A DNA stretch of 64,000 bases from Phoronis australis (taxonomy: Eukaryota > Animalia > Phoronida): positions 1,846,403-1,910,402 of the forward strand of contig NMRA01000013.1 in the NCBI GenBank assembly GCA_002633005.1, read 5' to 3'. The translations under genes were made by a program, and so were the position numbers. The notes beneath the pieces are model-generated. The model had not been told where the DNA came from. It saw only the letters and a program-made list of their open reading frames with translations, and did no database searches. Shown piece by piece: positions 14,501-26,378 of the stretch (positions are counted from its first letter, which is position 1; each line of letters starts with the position of its first letter).

Positions 14501-15540
14501 TCTTAAAAGGTATTGAATGACAACAACAAAAGATGAAAATATTCATCAGATAAGATTTTATTTGTATGTACATGTATTAATTAACAGGACTGACTCGCGT
14601 TACAAAAAAAGGAAAGTCAAAACAGCAAAATCTCATCAAAGAGTAAATATTTAATGATAGGACTGTATCAATACTTGCCATTCGTTAACAACTAAAAGGG
14701 GTACAAAATTGCAAAGAAATTTGATTTTTCTAAAGACAGGCAGTGTTGATGGAAGAAATTAATACAAATCAGTGCTAGTATTGATATTGTTTATTTTTCT
14801 TACTATATATTTTATAAAAAATGGATAAACATAGTTTCACTAGTCCGCCATATTGTGTGCTAATTACGTGAAGGATTACGTAACCTGGCGTGCGTTCAGT
14901 AGACGCTAGGACTTAGCTGAAACGTAGTCAAAGTCACGCATTTTCATTTAAAATGCACGGCAATATCTCATGTAATCTCGCGAAGTCTTGCTTTTCAGCG
15001 AGGTCCTAGCGTTACTGAACGGGAGGCAGGTAAGGGCAGCCACCTTGTTGACCAGCACCCAACTGACTGTCACTTGCCGAGTCATAGTGTACTACAATTT
15101 CATCCACTCCATAACGGTCAGCGCTGTAGTGGTAAAATTAGAGGTAAGTAGGCGCTCAAAGCCCACCCTATCATCTAAGCACTGAACGCAACTTACGGTG
15201 CGTAGGCGCTACGTTCAAATGCTAAAAAGGTGGTTGGCTGCGCCTACGTGCGCCTACTCCCCACTACAGCACTGATAACGGTAACGTTAGTTAGCGATTC
15301 ACTGGTTTTCCGAAACGTTTTGAGGCACTAATGACTATGAGGTATGAGGTTATGGCCTATAATAAGGCCGACAAAGGCATTCGATCTTACCTGGCTACAC
15401 GAGGAAGTTTACTTACCTGTTCGGATTGTTCTGCACGATACGTCGAGTTTGTCTAAGGATAATCTTCTCATAATCATAAAGCTCAAACATATCGTGAAGA
15501 CAGCAAACGTTCCCAAGATCGTTCTTTTGCGCACCGCCAT
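2582..15540 (-). CDS. GHDC: GH3 domain-containing protein (acyl acid-amido synthetase-like), about 631 aa, 6 coding exons
   Basis: Exons: 15540-15417 (MAVRKRTILG...RTIRT), 8619-7421, 6083-5956 (VELGKDYELVLTNLSGLYRYRFGDVVKV), 4837-4698 (QGQLLNVRGEKT), 3515-3430 (PHYVVFLELE), 2800-2582 (NQYKVPRVLR...TAG). All introns GT-AG with phases 1,0,2,1,0; total 1896 nt. GH3 motifs TSGTSG, YAATEG, YRFGD and KVPR are present. Confidence 0.92.
3194..3320 (+). mobile_element. Two tandem copies of a short (about 65-70 bp) MITE-like repeat; a third, inverted copy at 21177-21244
   Basis: CATGxGCG..GCACTGAAAAAAGT.GGGG..AGCCCC..GCCCCCTATG occurs twice. The copy at 21177-21244 has CATGGG...CCCATG termini. Confidence 0.6.
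3740..4118. mobile_element. About 380-bp MITE with terminal inverted repeats (family A)
   Basis: Left end AAGTCCCGTCCATTCACAGCCTACCCTAGAACAA; right end TTGTTCTAGATTAAGGCTGTGTGTGCATGGATGGCGCTTT. Homologous copies at about 13280-13676 and 37159-37335 (partial). Confidence 0.75.
11350..11518 (+). repeat. Interspersed repeat fragment; homologous copy at about 40582-40756
   Basis: GTCATTAGTGCAAAG.T.AC...GAATTTTTTGTTTTC.CATTT.CAAATT is shared, and both copies end in ATGC.A.TACA.CTT(T)AA. Confidence 0.65.
12699..13214. mobile_element. About 510-bp TIR element (family B)
   Basis: Termini CATTAGGGCGTTCTCCTGTT and AACCGGGAGAACGCGGTAATG. Colinear homologous copy at 50483-50993. Confidence 0.8.
13280..13676. 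mobile_element. MITE family A, second copy
   Basis: Shares TTTCCGCCTTGCCCCAGGTTT, CCCTAGAACAAGTTACC and the terminus TTGTTCTAGGGTAAGTCTGAGTGTGGACGGCACTTT with 3740-4118. Confidence 0.75.
14884..15030. mobile_element. About 145-bp MITE (family C); other copies at 13748-13884 and 37584-37812 (inverted)
   Basis: TIRs CCTGGCGTGCGTTCAGTAGACGCTAGGAC and GTCCTAGCGTTACTGAACGGGAGGCAGG; core GCAATATCTCA.G.AATCTCG.GAAGTC is shared by all three copies. Confidence 0.8.
15119..15274. mobile_element. 156-bp hAT-type MITE with a perfect 8-bp TSD
   Basis: TIRs CAGCGCTGTAGTGG and CCACTACAGCACTG, flanked by ATAACGGT at 15111-15118 and 15275-15282. Confidence 0.85.
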
Positions 15541-15743
15541 TCTTATTGATCACTTTATGTTTATCAGTTCACTTCACGACTGTATTTCTTGAAAGGAAAC
15601 CACGGACTACGTCGGTCCACAGTTCAATGGTTCGTCTGCTTGATGTCTAGTACACATGCGCAACTGGAAACCGGAAATGCACAGGTGGAGACTCGGTTGC
15701 TTCCTGAATATTGCTGAGTGAAGGTGTGCAGTTGTGAAAGAAA
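15541..15743. promoter_or_regulatory. Bidirectional promoter shared by GHDC and FPGT
   Basis: 203 bp between divergent ATGs. CpG-enriched, with an NRF1-like CATGCGCA (about 15655) and an ETS-like CCGGAAAT (15671-15678). No TATA box seen. Confidence 0.7.
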
Positions 15744-18700
15744 ATGGAAAAGGAACAACTGGGTGCTAATGTGAAGACTCATCCGAAGATTTCACTTGAA
15801 CCAGTCATACAGGAGTTCAACAATATTCGAGGTTTACGAGTGTTCAGATATGATTTACCATGTCAGCCAGTTAGCTAGCCAGCCAGCTAGCTGAGTGTAT
15901 GAAGACTGTCGTCAAAATACAGCTAGGACTATTTTCTAGGTCCCACTGCGTGTATTTCTTCCGTAGACCTCGAAATTGCACGCAGCCAGTGTAGTTCTGC
16001 TCGTCACCGCACCGTGAAACTTGTATCAACATGTAAAGCTAAAGACCGCGGACGGTGTATACTGGGGAACCCAATGTTCGTCCGCCTAAGCATAAAACCG
16101 ACTTGCTGTTGTACTCACCGAATTATTCCACTTCAAAGTTATGATCTGAATAGGATTCGATTTAACTCTCACAGATATACCGCATTCATCGATTCGGAAG
16201 TTTTCTTTAATTTGTGCCGAGTTATTTTAAATGTGCACTGCCTTCGGCAGCCATTTTATTGTGACACCTAAGTTCGTCATATGCTGCCCCCTTTTGTAAA
16301 AACTGAGAAACATGCAGAAAAAGGCCAACGAAGTAATGAAAATTGCAACAGCCTGTTTTTATTGACATAAACTCGATTTGAAGCTTTGATGTTGAGCTCT
16401 GCACTGTGGTTTCCAATAAAAGCCAATTGGACAACATTTCAATGCAGTTTAATGGTGAATGCGTGAGGCAAAAATGTTAAGAACCCAGCGTATCGCATTT
16501 GTCTGCGGATTTTTCCTTTGGCCTTCTAGATCCTACTAGTGCCTGGGACAAACAGATACATTGCATAAACAAACCCTGGATCATGTTTTGTGTCCCGTCG
16601 GAAGAAAATTTAAATTCGAAAACATCTTCTGAAAACGCACAAAAAAGTGTATTAGTAAAATCTACTGATTTTTAAGTGGTTTTAAAAAACAATCGGTAAA
16701 CTCACCGATTTTTGTCTCATTACTTTGATACGTGTCTCTTCCGATAAGTTAGTACCTAACGTGCAGACGAGCACTCCAAATTGGAACGCTAAGTCCCGCG
16801 TGGTTGCGCTGCACGCGAAACAAGATGGCGGACGAACTTTGGAGCCTGACGAAAATAGGTAACCGGACGATACATGCAAAATCTGGGAGTAAACCGACAC
16901 CTTGCCCATTACAGCCGTTTAAGTGAAAAACAATGCAATAAACGTCATTTACTTGCGTAACTAACTGCCTTTTCTAACAATGATAAGTATTTCGTCGTTT
17001 TGAAAACAGTACGCTCGTGTCACACGCACGCGCCTTTTTTTGCGACATCTCTCGGGAGATGATGATAGCTTGGCAGCAACAGAATTTCTTCTGAAATTCG
17101 ATTTTTCGGTACCAAAATTCTAAAAACTTAATGAAGTGAAACCAGTTCTGATAATTTGTTGTGACGTATACGCAACCTTGTGAAAGAACAACAGTTGATT
17201 GAAGAATCGGTGAAAAAAGAAACTGGCCAATAGGTGACGCAAAATTTCATGGCGCCGAAAGCCGTCGCTAAAGATCGCTCCACAACTTTAGCAGCAGAAT
17301 AACGGTAGAACGCCATTTTTTCCAACACTGTTAAATAATTTTGTTTACTCAAGGAAGACTGTAGTTTTTAATGACACTAATTTTGTGTCAGATTTTACCT
17401 TACCACTTTTTACCCACACCGGTGCAAAGCTGTATATTTACCTAGGCTATTAGTTAGCCAGCCAGCTAGCTCGGCTGTATGAAGACTCTCGTCAAATTAT
17501 TTATATACAGCTTTGTACCAAGGCTACCAGTTAGTCAGTGCTAAGTGGCAGGGTGGCAGTGCCAGGCAGTGGTCGGTGCTAAAAACTAATTAAGACAGTG
17601 ACCGGCTGGTCCCGGCAGTAGAGACGATGGTCATTGTCTAGACAGTGACCGGCTGGCCTCAGTGGCAGTCCAGACATTGAAGCTCCTATGAGAGCTACGC
17701 CAACAATCTCGGCAAATTATGCCTCGCACTGATTAAAACATCAGAGTGACGTTGTGGTCGTTGTGTACCTTTTGCGCATAGAGGGACACTTTAGGCCGTA
17801 GTAGCCCTGGTACATTAAGCTGCATGTAATATGAAATGTACAGCTGTGTGCCGAAGTGGGGGTAAAAACCTGACCCGACAGAACCTGACACAAAATTAGT
17901 GTCATTAAAAAATACACTTTTATCCTGATAAAATTGAATTGTTTACCAGTGTTGGAATACTTGGCGTTCTACTGTTATTCTGCTGTTAAACTTGTGTAGT
18001 GATCTCTTAAGCTGGCTTTTGGCCCCATGAAACATTGTGTCACCTATTGGTAAGTTTCTTTTTTCATCTATTCTTCAATCAACTGTTCTTTCACGAGGTT
18101 GTGTATAAGTCCCAACAAATTTTCAGAACTGGTTTCACTTCATTACAAGAATTTTGATACCAGCAAACCGTGTTTCAGAACAAATTCTGCTGCTGCGAAG
18201 CTGTCGATCATCATCTTCTGAGAGAAGTCGCAAAGAATTTAGGAAATGGCGCATATGCGTGTCACAAGCCTACTGTTTCACAAAATCGTATTATAATAGC
18301 ATTTCGTACTGTTGCAATCTTTCAATATCTTATTACCGCAAACACTCAGGTTAACAACTGTGCTCACGCTTGTGTCTACTCCCTACCTTTGAAGTGTTTC
18401 ATAATAAGCGTTAACTAAGCGTTTCCCCTCAACTTTTGAGAATTTCCAATTAAGCGCCAACAGTTCAGGCTAGAGCCCATCATAGCGCACTACAGACGAT
18501 GGCACGTGGTTTGAAATTGACACGCAACCTATATAGTGAGTCACTTCCATTTTACACAACAACAAGCTCATTTTTAAAGAAAACATCTTCGCTTTCTCAT
18601 TATGTAAAAAACCAAACCCCGGCTTTGTTTTTAAACCTCCGAAAGAAAGTTGAGACTAGTGACTGATGTGTGTCATTTTGAGACTGACTTACTTTTCTCG

Positions 18701-21700
18701 TTCATGGAAGGTTTGAGAAGCAAACTTGAATTTCCCGATGAAAACCCACAAGGGATTCGAGAATTATTTCAAGGCCTTTCATTTCATGGAAACTAATTGT
18801 TGAGTACTTAAACAGCATAAGTGCAGCATTTCTGTTGTGAAATTTGCACTGATTTGTACCCCCGTATCCGCTTATGTCATTCGGCTAGGGCAGCGTTTTA
18901 CAGATTATTTTCGACATGATGTTCTTCAAACGTCGAGTTACGTTGGTAAGTTTGGGCTGCGAATGAAAAATGGAGGGAGTTTGCACTCAGAGTTAGTTTG
19001 AATCTTTAACGACATTGGTGACAGTTGTAGTAGGTCAGATCTAGCAAAATCGGGGATACTTTTTCAACAAATATCTCCCTCTTCACATTTCAAATTTAGC
19101 TACTTGAATGCATGTGTCGGTTAGAAAGCACTGATTCAACTTTCACGTCGGCAACAGCCTTTGAATGTCGGTTGTGAAGAACAGTAACGCGGTACCTGCA
19201 TGTAAGACCTGTGACCTGCAGGGAAAAACGTAATCTAAACACTTTCTCAATGATCTAAAATAGCTATTTTGGCGCATAAAAATGGCAGGAAAATTTTGCG
19301 ACCTGGCATTTATGAATGAGAGCTGAATTTTGAAAGTGCGACCTGGGATTTTGGTTAGGTCGCAAAATGCGACCTGGCGACTTTCCTAGCGTCAAGCCCT
19401 GATGACACTTTTGTTACAAAAGCCACAGAATTATGCAAGAAAATGATATTTCTTAGATTGTTTTTCACTTAAATGGCTGTAACAGGCAAAGTGAGTGCCT
19501 GTTGACTCCCAGATTTCCATGCACTCCCACCGGTCCTTAGCTCTGCATGTTGATACAAGTTTCATGGCAATGTGACAAGCAGAACTACCCAGGCTGTGTG
19601 AAATTTCGAAGTCTGTCGATGTTGAACGCAGTGATACCTAGCTGTATTTTGACTGTAGTCTTCATGCAGGTAGTTGGCTGACTACATCTTAGGAGGCCAT
19701 CGATGTCTTTAATTCCTTCTAACTGGAACAAATACTTCCGTAATCAAACCTATTCATCTCGCAGTCCTTTGTTCAGTTGCCCAAATTGGATCTGGTCATT
19801 TTTACACTGCTCGTGCTCCTGTTTTAACCGTGCTACTATAATTTTTATCGCATGTGACCGCCAGGGGGGAGCGCAGTGTTAAAAGTGGCTAGTTGCCAAT
19901 TTGGGCAACTGAATGAAGGATTGCTTGAAGAAAAACTTTGATTACCGAAGTATTTGTTCGAGTTGGTATGAATTGAAGACATCAACAGCCTCTTAAGGTG
20001 TCCCTCTCTGTGCAAAAGGTACTTGTAACAACGTGACTTTGATGTTTTAATCAGTGTGAGGCATACTTCACCGATAAGCTTCTGATGTATAAAGCTCCTA
20101 TAGTAGCTTCACAGTCTTTGCTGGTGCCAGCTAGAGACGGTGGTCACTGTCTAAGGTTCGCGGTAACTGACGTCACACAATTTCCCATCATTTCCCTGAG
20201 GCGAGGAAAAAAACAACTTCGACATGAAAATGGTGCTTGCACAGGTGTAGTTTAGCACATTTTTCGGTTTTAGTGTTCGTTTGTCTGCTAAATGTATATT
20301 TTCAGTGAAATGTGGTCCTGTTTAGGTTTTCATTTTGTTATTCACTTATGGAAATTTAGAAAATGACTATGTCTTGTTCCCCAGTCGACTGGCCTGGGAC
20401 TGGGATGGTGATCGGCACTTGTTGTGTGATGCCCATACTGATCCAAGCCTCTCAGCATTACTCCACACTCCCAGATTTTTTTCAAAATGTTGGAAGAACT
20501 CTGAGTACTATTGAAATAATCATTATTACCTATCGGCAGCCTGGTTTTGCTGGAGAGCCTAGCTTTCGAGCCCATTTTGGGCTCTTTGTCAGGCCACAGG
20601 GGGGTCTTTGGGTGACCTGGTCATCTGTAGCAGTGGACATCCCCTCAGTGTCCCAACGAAGACCTCGAGAATGGCTCAAAAGCTAGGCTCTCTAGCAAAA
20701 CCAGGCTGCCAATAGGTACAAAAATCATTATTTCATTACATTTTAGCAGTGCCCTCTATGATTCCACTGATTAAGCTTGAAATTACACTACCATGACTGC
20801 AACTGGCTTCATTGGAAAACGACTGGCTCTAACTGGATTTTTTAACGTTTGGGACTTGTAAACCAAGATCTGACATTTATAGAAAATTGCGTTGTTAAAC
20901 TGCAGAAAATTTCATCAGTCTATTTTCGAGCACTTGTGACTAAAACAGTGAAGCTCAGACTAATAATGTATCAAAGGTATTTTTGGAAATGAGAAGAAAT
21001 CACATGCATTAATCGTTAGCAAAATAGATCTGGCTTATTTTGTGTTCGCATTTTTAACAATTTTGAGAACTGATAGCTTTTGCATTTTTGAAAACTTCCA
21101 TACCAAAATGTGCACAGTTAATTAAATTGTTTTCCTAATTCAACGGAATGTTATAGCTCTGAGAAAGAATGCCTCACATGGGTGGCGCACCATAGAGGGC
21201 TGGGGGGCTATACCCCCAGTTTTTTCAGTGCTGCGCCTCCCATGCCTTGCCAGTGACGTTTCAAAATTCTATGTACATCAGAGAATGCTACTCAGACGAT
21301 GAATTGAGCTTACTCCCAGCTGTTATGACGCTAAATTCTGAATCGTGTTACCTGAATACTTTTGACATGCACTGTACATGTGTGATACTGCTTCATTTGT
21401 GAGACTGACTAGGAAATTTAAAAGAAATTAATTAATTTCCAGGAAAATCTAAGAAAGAAGGTGGTTTTGAATTCTGGGATGTCGTTGTGCTCTCCACAGC
21501 TGATGAAGAACAAAAGAAGGCGTACACAATCCAGATTGAAAACAAAATTAAACGGAAAGAACTGCCACTTGACGTGCCTTATATAGTTGTTTCCGATCCA
21601 CCAGGACCCAAAGTTGGTGCGTCGATATTTTATAAGGAGTGTCAAATTTTTTTGCTATTGTTTCAGTGAGTGACATAAGTTAGCAGTGATAACAGATGTT

Positions 21701-23544
21701 ATCAGATGTCAGTCCATGATTGTTGATGTGTAGTTATGAATGGCAACATGCCCTATTTAAGAACCAGAACAAAGGATTCCATTCTAAAACACGACCCAAA
21801 GCAATATTCAATATTTTGTTCTAAGGTGGAGCTGTATGGGTCATTATGAACAATTCCTAGCGTAAGATGATCAGAACTATTGAGTGAAAGTGGTGAAAGT
21901 AGAATGATGTATATGTAGAACAAGTTTATTTTATAAAACTGAAAGAACCGTGATTGTAGCAATTGTAGATCTTCATCTATATTGAAAATTATTTGTTTTC
22001 CACGTAATTACTCTACCTGTTTACTACCCTCAGGTAATGGTGGGTCCATCATGCATTGCCTCCACATTTTATCTCAACAATTTCCGGAGGAGCTCTTTTC
22101 ATGGAGGGTGCTGATCATCCCAGCTGGCGGCCAAAGCCAACGACTGCCCTCTGCGAGTGTGTTGGGTAAAGTCTTCACCGCTATACCTCTGATTGACACA
22201 AACGGCTCTACCATGTATCAGATGTTGGACTTGCAGTTGGCCTTGTTCTTGCCGTTTTTGTCAAAGATGCAACCAGGTGTATTTATCGCGTGTCCTGACA
22301 TCATAGTGACTTTTAACCTTGACAAAGAGGATGATGATTGGTCGTTTTCAAAGCCAGGCTTCACCGTCTTTGCTCATCCGGGGACAATAGAACTTGGCAA
22401 AGGACATGGTGTTTACGTGGTGGATAACCCTCACAAGTTATCAGGGAAAACAGCAGAGTTTGCCAATTGTCTGGAGGTCCTGCAGAAACCTTCTGAGGAA
22501 GTCATGCGCAACAAAGGCGCTGTGGTATGCACAAATGGTTCAGAAGAAATGGTGTACATTGATAGCACTTTCTTCTTTGATCATCAGGTTTCAAAGAAAC
22601 TACTGAGTTTATATAATGAAATCGCTCCACTGTCGTGTGAAATCGATGGCTATGGTGATTTCCTGCAGTCTGTTGGTCCACGCGCATCAATTGCCTTCAC
22701 CAATAATGTGTCAAATGTGAGTTCCGTTCTCCCTGAGCTTGTACTCACACGACAGAAGGTGTTCCATGCTCTCCAAGGTACAACAATCAACCTGGTTATG
22801 CTGAATGAATCTCGCTTTAACCACATAGGGTCCACTGAGGAGTACTTGTACCATTACTGTTCTGACAGACTTCTCTCTCGCGAAATGTCACTGAGACGGA
22901 GTGTATTAGTGTCCTATTACGACTCACTGGAAACAAAAAGGTCTCGTGTGGATTTCCAAGGAACTGTTCTGCACAGCAAGCTTCATTCCAGCTCCACTGT
23001 TGCCCCAACAAGTGTCATCGAGTATTGTGATATCGATGTCTGTCTTGATCTCCATGGCAATTGTATCCTGAGCAACTGCCAATTCATTCAGGAAGTGGGT
23101 GGTGACCTCACGAACGTGGAAATTCCGACTTCATCATTTATTCATACTGTTCCTGTGACTATAGATGGTGAATGCAAATATGTTACCGTTGTTTTCGATG
23201 TCAAGGACAATTTGAAGAAAAAGGTATCTCGTGATAAGTGGACCGATTTATCCATATTTGGTAAAGGCATCAAGGACGTCTTACCTGTTTTAGGTGGAAA
23301 ATCTGCACACAAAGCCTTTACTGAAGATCAGCCGTGTGGATTGTGGTTTGCCAAGTTATTTCCGGCAGCACAAAACATGTCAGAGTCGTTTTTGCTGGCT
23401 CTAAAACTGCTGCACTTCGCTAAGGGGGGCCACAAAATGCCAGATTTTAGCAGCTTCATGTGTTTGTCCATGCATGATGTATTGAATAAAAAGGACGTAC
23501 ATAAAATGATTGAGTTCAGAAATAGACTAGGGGAAAAGTTGTAA
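15744..23544 (+). CDS. FPGT: Fucose-1-phosphate guanylyltransferase (GDP-L-fucose pyrophosphorylase), about 590 aa, 3 exons
   Basis: Exons: 15744-15831 (MEKEQLG...FNNIRG), 21443-21616 (FWDVVVLSTADEEQKKAY...KRKELPLDVPYIVVSDPPGPKVG), 22034-23544 (GNGGS...IPAGGQSQRLPSASVLGKVFTAIP...HGVYV...IDGYGDFLQ...FNHIGSTEEYL). Phases 1,1; total 1773 nt. The exon-1 donor (GTTTAC) is weak. AATAAA at about 23748. Confidence 0.93.
15866..20155. repeat. Cluster of nested, oppositely oriented interspersed repeats in FPGT intron 1
   Basis: Diverged inverted pairs (approximate): 16990-17440 with 17830-18290; 16860-16980 with 19410-19520; 15866-16050 with 19515-19683; 17590-17800 with 19985-20155. Confidence 0.75.
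19688..19997. mobile_element. Foldback MITE with long (about 130 bp) imperfect TIRs
   Basis: AACAAATACTTCCGTAATCAAA...TTCAGTTGCCCAAATTGG mirrors CCAATTTGGGCAACTGAA...TTTGATTACCGAAGTATTTGTT. A related fragment lies at about 39460-39600. Confidence 0.75.
20511..20736. mobile_element. Palindromic MITE (about 225 bp)
   Basis: TACCTATCGGCAGCCTGGTTTTGCTGGAGAGCCTAGCTTT mirrors AAAGCTAGGCTCTCTAGCAAAACCAGGCTGCCAATAGGTA. Confidence 0.8.
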
Positions 23545-25109
23545 GTGTGTGTCAATGACTCTCATGTGCAGCCTTTGAATGTTGTTTTAAACAGCCATAA
23601 ACTAACATTCCAGCAAAGAAACTACACGTAGCTTTTGATTTAGGCCACTTGCCGTTCCAAAACTAGTCTCAACTTGATCTGTCATCAAACATGGTTTATG
23701 AGCTCGGAAAAATGACACTCTGCTTTTGCTTGAAACCATGTTCGGCGAATAAAATAAATTTGTCACAAACCAAATAGTAGATTAGTCTCGAGCAAAAACA
23801 AACTATCATTTGTCCAAGGCGATAAATCATCTGTAATTTGACTTAGAAACTATTTGTGGTAGTCATCATAAATCTGGAGTTGTTTTTGTGACGAGCTGCA
23901 GGTTTATAGCTGCTCTGACTTGTGGGACATCTTTTGGGCAGTTAAATATGCAATCGGTGAATCAATATTTGTAGATTAAAAGTAGAATGCCTGAAGAGTG
24001 ATGCTATCGACCGGTGTTACAACGAAGCTGGCTCATAACGTTTGACTTGCTTATAATATTCCATTCGGCGGTTCCCAGACCAGCTATATTGTGTAGAAAC
24101 TCTGTTTATACAGTAGAAAGATCCCCGTAGGGTACTTTGAAAGTGGTGGTACTGTAATATTCTTTAATTTTGAGCAAAACTATTACCAAATGTGTCATTT
24201 TCTGTTTTAAAAGGTTTATTTCGTTGCTGTTAATGTTCAAGTGTCCACCCTTTATTGCCCTCTGTGACAGCAGTGTTCTCACTGAATAGGTCCGTGTCAT
24301 TATAAAGCAGCTGTTCATGTAAGTGTGGCACTATATAGAGGTGTTAGATTTGTTCATTATTTTGTTGGTTGAAAATGTTATTTTCTAGGCTATCAGACTA
24401 TGTGAAAGATTTTCGTTCTGTACAACATATTTTAGCATTCAAAATGTAAAAATTGGAAAGAATTTCCATGTGGTAAAATTTGGTTATGCTGCCTTGGTCT
24501 CCTTACACTTTTGATACCAGAGGAATTATGAAGGGAGGGCGGTGTTTTATGAGATTGTTGTGAAGCTTAAGAGGTGTTCGAAATCATGCAAAAACGGTCA
24601 AAAGACTTACATATTACTGTGTGGTGATGGGCAGAACAACATGACTTTCTTTGGGTGTTCTGAAAATTTTACGGTTCTGGGATTATTTCACTCGGGTGTT
24701 GGTTCAGTTCACGTAACCCCAGGTTTTATTCGCGCAGGTTAGAATAGGATGGGTATTGGTTATTTTTTTACCCCTGTACACAATTAGCTCCCACTTTTTC
24801 GTACAGGGATATCATGTAGATAGTTTGGTGATTGTGCAGACAGTGGTCCGAAAGTCTTATACGAAAAATCGTAGTGTGTCAAGACAGTTTTTTGAATTTA
24901 CATGTTTACATATTAGTTTACAAGAAATCGCCTTTGTATAAAATGTGAATTATATTAATGGGTGTTTTTCGTGGATGCTGTTTTTTTAGATTTAGATGTC
25001 AGTTGGATATTGTGTATTTATACTTCCACAGAAATTGATCTTCAAAAATGTAAAACTCGTACGTGTTCTAAGTTTTGAGACTTATCACACAGATAGGTAC
25101 AACAGAAAA

Positions 25110-25740
25110 TGTACCATTGCACACATTGACATCATACACCTCTGTGTCAAATTTCATTGAAATCCTTCATTCGGTTCTCTAAATACCATTCGGATACGCT
25201 CTCACCCAAAATGGCCACTAAGAGGCGCTGCAGTTGTCGAATCCGCCAGAACATAAAATGGCCCTGTCGTAATCTCATGATATACCTCTCTGACTCTGTT
25301 AAATGAAATTCGTCAATAGGTTTTCTGATATCATCCGCACACCGTCTTTCATCAAACTACACTTGAAAAGCTACATGTCGAAAACTAAATGGCCACTACA
25401 AGGTGCTACAGAGGTCCAAGCCACCGCCGAAAATTTAGTGGTGCCATAGTGTCATAACGTACCTCTGTGTCAACTTTCATTAAATAATCCTTCACTCAGT
25501 TCTCTACACATCCAGAAACACTCGCATGAAACGGCCACTACGACGCGCTGCTGTAGTCGAATTTGCCCGAACATCGAACGGTGCCAGCACAATTGCACAC
25601 AAAACGGCTGACCACTAGAAGGCACTGCAGTTGTTGAATCCGGACGAAAATCTAACGGTGCGGGCACAATCTCGTCACATACCTTTAGTAAAGTTTCAAT
25701 GAAATCCGTCAATCCGTTCTTTATAGGCATCATGTGGAGA
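25110..25740 (+). repeat. Diverged tandem array of roughly 130-190 bp units (TGGCCACTA...ACCTCTGTGTCAA.TTTCA), Helentron/HINE-like satellite carrier
   Basis: Recurring GGCCACTA.NAGG.GCTGCAG..GTCGAATCCG and ATACCTCTGTGTCAAxTTTCATT. The same unit occurs at 27310-28085, and a related one at 43580-44640. Confidence 0.7.
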
Positions 25741-26288
25741 ATTTCTCGCTTACACTGGTCACCGCTCAGATTGACTTAGCCCTAGACAACTTTTACGATG
25801 CCTATTCAGCACGCCCTTTGATGTAGATCTGAGCTAATGAAGTGGAAAGGTAATAGCTAGCATTACTGTCTCAACAATGGTTGTTGTTAGTACCCCCAAT
25901 TTGTTTTTCTCTGACATTTGCAGAGTTACAGCCTGCAACTCTGGGGAGTAGTGTTAACTTGGTACATTATAAACATTACAAAATGACTAAAAAGGGTCAA
26001 CTTGTGATTAATACGAAGGGCCACTTCCGAAAGGAACGATATCTTTCATATTGGTTTCGATATATAAATTTCAATGCTCTTATTTTTTGCCTACCGGGAA
26101 CGGGTTGATAACTTTTTATCTAAGTTTAAAAGTTGAAGTACCAAAACAGTGGTCGATTTTGATCGCGAAACTTAATTAGTTGAGTTCATTGTGAGACCAT
26201 CCCTGAACTTTCCACATTACAGCTACATGTGCAGTAAACATTTCACGTGTCATTAAAGTTTAATCTTTTTTAGAACTCAAATCATCAA

Positions 26289-26315
26289 ATTATTATTTTA
26301 TTATTATTATTATTA

Positions 26316-26377
<62 letters not shown>
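26289..26377. repeat. (ATT)n microsatellite, possibly the tail of a minus-strand non-LTR retroelement remnant
   Basis: Near-perfect ATT run seen directly. The retroelement origin is inference from the adjacent sequence at 26378-26440. Confidence 0.9.

Positions 26378-26378
<1 letters not shown>

Noticed and set aside
21982-22033. N-terminus MKIICFPRNYSTCLLPS of the 520-aa ORF
   Set aside because: Intronic read-through; the real exon starts at the acceptor at 22033/22034.
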